DNA of 64,000 nt from the human T2T-CHM13v2.0 reference genome, Homo sapiens, in the NCBI RefSeq assembly GCF_009914755.1, contig NC_060927.1; one strand, given 5' to 3'. A program made the translations under genes and the position numbers. Position 1 is the first letter of the stretch. The number at the start of each line of letters is the position of its first letter. A model generated the notes under the pieces. That model was given only the letters and a program-made list of their open reading frames with translations. It did not search any database and was not told the DNA's origin. Below, piece by piece: positions 54,784 through 64,000 of this stretch.

Positions 54784-55813
54784 TGTGTTAGTTTTATATT
54801 GCTGCAAGAAAAAAAATACCACAAATTCAGTGGCTTAAATTACATGAATTAATACACAGTTCTGGAGGTCAGAAGTTTAGGGTTCAACCTTATATTCTTT
54901 TGCCCCGAGAATACTTGCTGGCAGGGCTTATGGCTACTGTCCATTTACCCTGAGATAACTTTGCCAGGAAATATCTCACTTTTATTAATATTTTTGTATC
55001 ACTCCAGTGTATCGACTTTGGAAACAAAAGACAGCATTTTATTTTTAGCATTCTGGTTTTCGTAGTGGTATTTCCATTTACAAAATGTAGTAATTCTTGG
55101 TTGCCGAAAACGTCCAATCCTAGAAAACGTACCCTTTCTATGCCTGATGTTAACATTGTTCTCATACAGTTGTGGACCAAAGATTCATTTGATGAATCCA
55201 ATTTTTCCGAAATAGACTATTGTAATAATTCAGATGATTCTGATGTTAGTTCTGTTTAGAAATAACTCCAAGAACAGTTTTTATACTTTAATTTCACATT
55301 GAAAATTAGATTTGCTTCAGCCTCAAAGAGTAATGTTCATGTAAAATTAAATGACTGCCAACAATCAACTGCACTTTTTTTTTTTTCCTAAAAGGGTAAA
55401 GGGTTTTAAGGTCAAAGTGTTGGCAGAGTTGCTCTTCTTTCTGGAGAATATAGGACAGAATCTTTATTATTCTTTCCTCAGTTCCAAGAGGCTGCCTCAC
55501 TCCTTGACTCAATGTCCCCTACCTCCATCTTCAAAGCCAACAATTGCAAGTCAAGTGCTTTTAATATTGTATCTCTCTAATTCTTCTGTTTTATATATAT
55601 ATATTTTTCTAACCAAACCCACAAAGTGTTCTCCAGTTTTAGGGGTTTGTGTAATCAGATTGAACCTATTTGGGAAATCCAGGATAATCTTCCCATCTCA
55701 AGTCAGTATTCTTAATTACATCTGCAAAATATCCTTTGCCACATAAGGTAATATATTCACAAGTAGGAGATTAGTACTTAGACATCATGGGGACAATTAT
55801 TCTACCTACCACA
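54784..55813 (-). mobile_element. MLT1D-like MaLR LTR split by MER75
   Basis: tgtgttagttttatattgctgc...cagttctggaggtcagaagt | gtgttggcagagttgc...cctccatcttcaaagccaacaa...attattctacctaccaca. Confidence 0.85.
54888..55403 (+). mobile_element. MER75 (non-autonomous piggyBac), full length, 516 bp
   Basis: Starts ...tttgccccgagaatact and ends ctaaaagggtaaaggg, with degenerate TTAA-like flanks. The internal reading frame SNPRKR...DSFDESNFSEID resembles the PGBD4 N-terminus as I recall it. Confidence 0.9.
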
Positions 55814-58784
55814 AAAGCATAACCGTGACTTTATCATCATGTCCTTGGCTCTTGATGATTGATAAAAAGATAGAAACGTTTTTAGTCTTTTAAAGAAAAC
55901 TATAATCAAATGAAAATGCCAAAAACTCATAAAAATGTGATGCCCAAATCACTGTGGTTTTTTAAACTACCTATGAGACAAATAGTAATAGAGAAAAGCA
56001 CTTTTATGTTGCGCTTCATATGGTCATATTTGGTTACTCTTAAATGTGAAAAATTAAAAAAACAAGCTACAAATATCTGGTTAATTTGAGCTAGAAGAAC
56101 AAAATATAAAAATATTAAATGTAAATCTATATTGTATCGATATAGATTCTAAATGCACATGCTTTTTGCTCACCATATAAATGCAAAGAGAAATACCTTA
56201 TAATATAATATGAAATGGAAGAAACTAGAAATGCGTTGTACTATAAAAGGGAACTTGATGTGTGGAACAGAATGGCACATTAGCATTTTCAATAAGATTT
56301 TCTGAAAGTTAAGACCTAAGCACCTCTTTTAAAGTGTTCCTTGAAGCTTACATCATGCAGTTGAATTTTTTCAATCAAGAGAGAATAATTAAGATATGGG
56401 ACAATGAGACATTTTATGATTTTCAGGTATGCTATATAGTATCTACTACTTGTCCACAGAATCCAATTATTTGTAGTATTACAGTGAAATCATGTAAGAA
56501 CTTTGACAGCTCATCCTCCAAATTTCCTTGTAATAGTTTACTGTGTTCACAATGCCATTTATGTTTTATTACAAATTATAATCTTTAATAGCATCTTTCA
56601 GACATTTCAATTTTTTAGAATTTTTAGGTAATGTTTTCAAAGTTCAGTAAAGAGTTACCTGAAGGGAAAATCCTTTATCTGATCAATGGTATGCCTGGGT
56701 AAACAGATTTACTTATATGGAATTTGCTCCAAGAATGAGCCACAAGAGAATGTTTTGGCAAGAAATGAGGCTTGCCTCTGATTTCCGATAAAGATTTGAG
56801 TTGAAACAGTGTGTGTTCACTTAATCTTGTTAAATGTAGCACAAAACACTAAATGTATTAGAGCGTGTACTTAAATGATAACAAACCCTGCTGTTAGAGC
56901 TAATAGGAAACAGTTCTTTTCTCATTGAGTTGCCACAATCAAGCATTCCTTTAGATATCATCATTTAGTATGACTTCTTATGCTTGACTGTAATATGCTT
57001 TGTATTTGTAAGCCTTTGTCTTTCCTTATTGCTAAGCAACAATTTCCTTTTTTCTCAAAGGGATAAAATTTGAGGACAACACAGCTCAGATACCAACTAA
57101 TACAAAATGTCCAAATATTTAAACTTAATTTGGATAGCTATAAATAAAAAAGGAGAATAAGAACCAAATCTCTGAATCTACTGATGATGATTAAAAGCAG
57201 GCAGTGAAATATTGAAACCAAGCTTTTCTAGGGAGGACTGTTTTCCACATTTAAATTTATCTTTGTATCTTGAGCTTGCAGAGCTTGGTGGGTAGGGCAA
57301 GAAGGTCCTGCAGTGGAGTGGAGAGAGTTCTTAAATTCATCTTCGTCCTCCAGGAGGGTTTAGGTACACTCTGCCTTAAGGCAGGGTGATGACCTCTGTG
57401 GGTCTCTTCCAGCATCAAGCTCCTGTGAAGTAAAAAGCAGTTATAGAACCTTTAGAATACATCTTGAAATATATAGTTATAAAAATATAAAGAGCCCCTG
57501 AAGCATTGTCTGCATCGAGGAACCAATATTATTTCTTACCTCTCCTTTACATTTAACATGAAAAATGTCAGGTAAAACATGGTGAAGTTTCGTTTCCAAT
57601 CTCATATTAGAACTAATGGGAATGGCCATATTCTTCCAAGCGTCAGCTGGATGTGTATCAAAGTCTTCGGAGCTTATCATGAAACTACCATCACTGATTC
57701 TTCTTCGTAGTTATTAAGGAGTAAAATGCCATATACCTGTCTTATCAAACTTCATTCTAATCTATTTGATAAATGAAATTGGTATAAATAGCCAACTGAC
57801 TGCGTCATTTTGGTTTTACCATAAATAATAATGTATATTGCCCATGTTTGTGCCTTTAGGCAGCTTTTGACTATATGAGCTAGCATTCATTAATCAAGTA
57901 AAAGTAAGCTTCAGAATGTCGCTCAATTTGAAGAACCTACATGAAAGCTGAAGAGCTTTTACATAGACCAATTAGGACTAACTTGAATATAAAATATTTG
58001 GAGTAACCTGATTTCATTTTTATATCATTCATTCAAGTAAAGGAGCCTTATAAATAATATTGTCTAAAATCAACTACACTTTTTCAGTTTTTTGGGTAAA
58101 AATGAATAAATAAGGCTTAAGGATAATAATAGCTAGGGTAATCTGAGCCAAGCACTATTTCATTTGCCTTATTTTTATTAACTGATTTAATCTTCATGCT
58201 ATCTTGTTATTATCTTCATTGTACTGAAGTGTATGTAGGGTCAAAATAGTGAAATTGCTGAGGTTACACTAGTAACTTCAGTGGTAAGGTCAACACTGAA
58301 ATCCTATCACTTTATAGTCTACCTGCCAAACCTCCTCATTATATATATCCTGTCAGTAGTAATTACCTGTGCCTTTTTTCAGAGTGTTCCCTGTGAAATA
58401 GGATATCTTCTTCCTTAACTCTACATGTTAAAAAGTGTGTCCAAAGTGATAAAGCTAATTAGTGGCAGTACTAGGGAGAATACTTTGATTTGTGAATTCC
58501 CAATTTTATTGTTCTCCTATTATGTTTCAATGCTTCTAGATGCCCATTATCCTTTGAGGGGTGGGAGAGGAAGAGGCAAGTCAGTGAATTAATATTTTTA
58601 TTATAATTTCACATCCATATTGTATGTGTTTTTTTCAAGGACTATATGAGATGCACTGAAACGGAAACAATGATTAATAATGACTATTATATTCTAATGG
58701 GAGAGATATGACTGTTACCAAAAATATGGTAAACACTCAGATTTAACTTGGAAAGTTGATGAGGCATATAACTTAGAAAATTGT

Positions 58785-58875
58785 ACACACACACACACAC
58801 AGATGTCTTTTTACATACATATATATATATATATATAAAATATATGTGCCTGGGTTTATAGGTATGAGCTACCAT

Positions 58876-58940
<65 letters not shown>

Positions 58941-58975
58941 TTAATGTCTGATATATATATATATCAGACATTAAA
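58785..58975. repeat. Compound microsatellite (CA)n/(TA)n/(CT)n(TA)n with a 31-bp Alu remnant and a 36-bp palindrome
   Basis: Seen directly in the sequence. tgcctgggtttataggtatgagctaccatgc (58847-58877) resembles the reverse Alu 5' end. Confidence 0.88.
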
Positions 58976-59130
58976 AATGACATTCTTTCTGGCTTTGCTG
59001 AACATGAAATGATTCATGGAAGAAGCGATAGCCAATTTGAATCTTAAAAAATGGATATAATACTGACAGCCAAAGTTAGGAAGGAAAGACATTCTAATCA
59101 CAGGGAAATGTGTGAGAAAAAAACTTGACT

Positions 59131-59215
59131 CAAACCTCAGCATCACGCAATATACCCATGTAACAAACCTGCAGATGTACCCACCGAATATAATTTTTTA
59201 ATGAAAAGTTTAAAA
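59131..59215 (+). mobile_element. L1PA15-16/L1PB 3' tip
   Basis: caaacctcagcatcacgcaatatacccatgtaacaaacctgcagatgtaccc. Confidence 0.85.
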
Positions 59216-59574
59216 AGTATTAGAGACACATAATTAAAAAAATCCTAGCAAAGAACAATGAGTAACATTGAATAAAAATACAAGGTAGGAAAAATAATTA
59301 GTAGAAAATAATTTGGAAAGCAAGTTAAGTTATATCCAGTTACTTCCAACTTTAGAATTTAAGATAATTATTTAGGCTTCATGTGATAAACAGTAGTATG
59401 TGCTAGATATTTAGGGCTAAGTGAGGGCCTGAGTCCCAGTCTAGAGATCCATGTGGCTAAATAAGTATTTGAAGATTGGTTTAGTGTGGGCATAGGGGGA
59501 ATGTGGCTTCATCTAATCTAATTTTTTCCTCAAATATGTTAGACACAACTAAATCAAAGAGGTCAATGTTAATT

Positions 59575-59715
59575 ATGCTTGTTAAAATGTAAGCTCCACT
59601 AGAATGTAAACTGAGAGCACAGGCATTGTTAATTTTGCCAACTTTTTTATCCCCAGACTCTAAAACTGTAACTATTCCATAGTAGGCACTAATGCACATT
59701 AGTTAAATGAATGAC
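59575..59715 (+). mobile_element. L2 3' end
   Basis: ccactagaatgtaaactgagagcacagg...catagtaggcactaatgcacattagttaaatgaatga. Confidence 0.7.
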
Positions 59716-59990
59716 TAAGAAGGTCAACAGTTTTAAGCAGTAAAATAATACCTACATAGGAAGAGTGTCAATAGTTTAGTGGCTGAGGGGGTCAGACATA
59801 TAAGACACAAATGCAATAACAAACGGATTCAGTAAATGTTCAGGAAAGGGATAATAAAAAATAAGTTATAGAATGTCCAATCCTATTGAATGGTTGTCAA
59901 GTGGCATGTGATAGCATTCCTACAACTTAAGACACAAGAATAAAATCAATTGTTTCGGGTACACTTATGCAATAAATAAATAGTGATTGA

Positions 59991-60711
59991 CATTATGGAG
60001 AACAGTATGGAGGTTCCTCAAAAAAACTGAAAACTGAGCTATCATATGATCCAGCAATCCCACTGCTGGGTACATACCCAAAAGAAAGGAAATCAGTTTA
60101 TGGAAGAGATATCTGCACTCCTACGTTTGTTGCAGCACTGTTTACAGTAGCTAAAATTTGAACCTAAATGACCATCAATAGATGAATGGATAAAGAAAAT
60201 GTAGTACATATACACAATGGAGTACTATTCAGCCACAAAAGAATGAGATCCAGTCATTTGCAACAACATGGATGGTACTGGAGATCATTATGTCAAGTGA
60301 AAAAAGCCAGGCACAGAAAGACAGACATCAGATATCCTCAGTTATTTGTGGGATCTAAAAATCAAAAAAATTAAACTTATGGACATAGAGAGTAGAAGGA
60401 TGGTTACCAGAGGCTGGGAAGGGTAATGGGGGGCTAGTGGAGATGGTTAATGGGCACAAAAATTAGAAAGCATGAATAAGACCTACTATTTGATGGCACG
60501 ATAGGGTGACTATAGTCAGTAATAATTCAGTTGTACATTTTTAAATAAAGAGGATAATTGGATTGTTTGTAACACAAATAATAGATGCTTGAGGGATGAA
60601 TACCTATTCTCCATGTGATGTGCTTATTTCACATTGCAGGCCTGTATCAAAACATCTTCGCATGCCTCATAAACACACACACTTACTATGTACCCACAAA
60701 AATAAAAATAA
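59991..60711 (+). mobile_element. 5'-truncated L1MA2/3-like element
   Basis: tatggagaacagtatggaggttcctcaaaaaact...tactatgtacccacaaaaat. 17-bp TSD aaataaatagtg(a/g)ttga at 59974-59990 and 60712-60728. Confidence 0.92.
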
Positions 60712-60792
60712 AAATAAATAGTGGTTGAGTTATGAAATAAATTTTCACGTCATTTATGATGTGCTCTGGATGGGAGTTTATGTATGTAGGTA

Positions 60793-61084
60793 TTTGAGAT
60801 AGGAACTTCTTGCCCTGTCACCCAGGCTGGAGTTCAATGGCACAATCTTAGCTCACAGCATCCTCGAACTCCCTGGCCCAAGTGATTTTCCCACCTCAGC
60901 CTCTCAAGTAGCTGGGACTATACGCATGCACCACTATATTCAGATATTTATTACTATTATTATTTGTAGAGACAGAGTCTCAATAGGTTGCCCAGGCTGG
61001 TCATGAAATCCCTGCCTCAAGGAGTCGTCTCTCCTCTGCCTCCGAAAGTGTTGGAATTACAGGTATGAGCTACCATGCCTGACT
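60793..61084 (-). mobile_element. AluJ SINE
   Basis: Diverged dimer with AluJ-type ctcacagcatcctcgaactcc and gttgcccaggctggtc. Confidence 0.9.
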
Positions 61085-61420
61085 TAGCTGGGCATTTAAA
61101 TCCCTAGCCCCATCCTTGTCTGTCACCACTTTGTCCAGTGACATTAGGAGCAATCAGCCAACCTTATTATATTTATTAGTTTTCCATAAATATTTTTACA
61201 AGAATTATATACACAACCACCAAGTTCCTTGATAAGGAGTATCCAATAAAGATATTTTGCATATCTCTATTGGTAGATCATGCCATGAACTAGCAATACT
61301 CTCTCTACTAACAGAAAAACGGTCACTAGTGTCTTTAAATCTAATCAATTTATGAAACCCCAAAGCCAATTCAAAAACCTCAGCCTTAAAACCCATTTTT
61401 CTAAAACCACTCCCCAAATC

Positions 61421-61912
61421 TGTATCAGTCAAGACTCTTCAGAGAAACAGAACCAATAATATAGATAGATTGGTAGATCAAGAGATGGATTATCAATACA
61501 TTTTAAAGGACTGGGTCACACAGTTACTGAGGCTAAGTCCCAAGATCCTCAGTCGACAACCTGGGGACCTAGGAGAGTTGATGGTACAGTTCCCGTCTGA
61601 GTTTGAAGGCCTCGGGGCCAGGAGATTGTGTGGCGTTAGTTCCACTGTAAGGTGGGAGAACAGTGTCTCAGCTCAGAGTCAATCAGAGACAAAATTCTCT
61701 CTTATTCTGCCTTTTTTTTTTCTATTCAGGCCTTTAACTGATTGGATGAGGTCCCCCCTACACTGTGGAGGACAATCAGCTTCACTCAGTCTACTGATTC
61801 AAATGTTAATCTCAGCCAGAAACACCCCCACAGACACCCCAGAATGATGTTTAACCAAATATTTGGGCACATTGTGGCCCAGCTAATTTGACACATAAAA
61901 TTAGTCATCACA
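61421..61912 (-). mobile_element. MLT2C/D-like ERVL solo LTR
   Basis: tgtatcagtc...cagagaaacagaaccaata...ctgattcaaatgttaatctc...tgacacataaaattagtcatcaca. Confidence 0.88.
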
Positions 61913-62479
61913 AGGGGCGAGGAAGTCAAAGCAATTATTAACACTAATACACTCATGCACACACACACAAACAAAACTGTTCTGGACTTTAAAAGGCATT
62001 CCTAATTATCTGTAAATAGAAAGTAGAGGGAGGAATGTGATAAAGATCTTGAGAAAAAAATGATAGGCCTCGATATTTGAAGTATTTTAGCTATTTATGA
62101 ATTCCATGAAGCCTTCATTTGTGAATACATTATAGCAAGAGGGAAGAATTCATCAGGTTTTAAAAGAACTTGTCTCTGAAAAGTACAAAAAAGTAGATCT
62201 ATACTTATCACTAAGCCCTTGAGCTCATTTCAATTAGTTATATAAAAAGAAACCAAGGTAAGCCATTTCACTCAGATGGGTTTATACATCCCTATGTGAA
62301 TTAATTATAGGTTTTAGACACAATTGGACTTTTAAAATTCATGTGCATGTTGGAGATTCTTAGATTATGCAAAAGATAATGAACAATTCCATAGGTGGTC
62401 TTGTTTATTGTCATATTTGCAGTTAATTTACTTCACAGTTCAGCTACCCCAAACTGAAGAGTAGTCACGTTTTCATTGT

Positions 62480-62610
62480 CAGGGTTTTAACTTGTGGAAT
62501 ATGGATGAACTTCAGCTGGGTCCTGGGGCTTTCCTAAAATTAGACACGAAATATTGAATGTACGTACATTTTCCTGAAAAGAGTTCCATGGCTTTCAAGA
62601 AACTCTCATT
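62480..62610. mobile_element. Old hAT-Charlie MER fragment (MER103-like)
   Basis: cagggttttaacttg...atggatgaacttcag...cattttcctgaaaagagttccatggctttcaagaaactctca. Confidence 0.5.
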
Positions 62611-64000
62611 GCCCACCACTTTCCTTGTTGAGATGACCATTATCTGCAGCTACAAGCTGGCTTTCAAAAGTAGTAATTTTAGTGCATTTTGACTTGGTGA
62701 AAATGACCTTGTCATACAGCTGTGGCTTAAAAAAAAAAGCATTGTCTACTGTACACTTTTATTCAAGAATTTCTTCATTTATTTTTAAAATCAAAGCAGT
62801 CATGCAATTCCTGTGGTAGATGATTTGAGGTACTTTGATTTTGTAACTTGTAAAGAAGAGAAAAAAAAAGCGCTTTGAAATCACAAGGTTTTTATTTGGA
62901 GAGTTGATGAAAACTGGTTCTCCCAATGCAGTAGGCAAAAAAGCCTTCTAACCTTGGAATCTGACTTATTTTTTCTATTCTGTGAGATAGAAATAGCAAT
63001 TTCTAAGCTCTGATAAATCTTCATAAAATAAGTTTTAATAAATGACTAATTTAGAAATAAAGGCATAAAAGAAACATAGTCCCACCAATATTTAATCCAT
63101 GCTGTGAACTGAAATGTTGTCATCAGGTACAAATATGGTAAATTGAACATCCACTGACATATTTTCCAGATATGCAAAAGCTTGGGAGGAGACAGGTCTG
63201 ATTATAATCATGACTTCAATAAATTAACTATTCTCCACTTTGTCTTGATACTTGTGATGAGCTACCTTTTATACAAAAATACGTAAATTAATGTATGTAA
63301 AAGAGAAATTACTAGACTATTATACCATAACATTTTATACATTAAACAAGTAGGATTATCTATATCTATGTATATGAGAGAGATACATGGAGATATAGAT
63401 ACAGAAATTTACTTATGTATAACTCCTTAGAAAAAGGACTCGATTTTTTATTTCTATATATTTCTTTGGGTAGAAGTTTACATTTCTTCTAACTGAAGTA
63501 AAATGTTGTATTCAAACAATTTTAGTTTTTCAAACTAATTAGACAAATCTGAATTGTTTGGTTCTTACAAAAATAGGCAATTTCCAAATTTCAGTACCCT
63601 TTTTCATTCACAAATATCACCTGTCTATATTTTACTTTCACACACTAAACTTTGCATTTTTGCGTCTATAGAATTTATGAACAATAGTTTGAGGAAATGG
63701 TCGCAGTGAGGGGTGAACTAACTGAAACCTTAATTTCGTTGATTCCACTATTTCTTTCCCGCTGTTCATCAACTTTAATTCTGGTTTATATCATACACAG
63801 TTTAGATTCCATAGCGTTTGTAATTAATCGCTTACATTTACACTCTATTTGCTTGTCTCTTTCTCCTGCATCTGACTTGTTGGCAAAACTCCAACACTAG
63901 ATCTATGTAAACCCCTACCTTCTCCACAACCACACCCCAACAGTAAAACATTCTTTAAAACAATTACTCAACAAAACTGATTGCTTTTATTTTAAATTCT

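Noticed and set aside
61260-61420. C/A-skewed stretch suggestive of a NUMT
   Set aside because: No recognisable mitochondrial gene, tRNA or rRNA sequence.

Overview
Primate (catarrhine, human-like) nuclear DNA: AT-rich, CpG-depleted, intergenic or deep-intronic. I see no protein-coding gene, RNA gene or CRISPR-type system. The listed ORFs are chance ORFs or readthroughs of Alu, L1, LTR and simple repeats. A large fraction of the window is interspersed repeat: a near full-length L1MC-type LINE with nested THE1 and Alu, several L1PA/PB/MA 3' fragments, seven Alus or half-Alus, MaLR/ERVL solo LTRs, L2/MIR relics and DNA transposons (MER33, MADE1, MER75). The most unusual structures are an 8 x 48-bp VNTR amplified from the 5'-truncation junction of a short L1PA, a 63-bp fold-back mini-L1 with a perfect 16-bp TSD, a full-length piggyBac MER75 retaining the PGBD4-like N-terminal peptide, a CTCF site with its upstream module, an old ~210-bp local duplication and two perfect 34-36-bp palindromes. 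Repeat subfamily names come from recalled consensus sequences and need RepeatMasker/Dfam confirmation. I cannot identify the locus, and I do not claim a new biological system.
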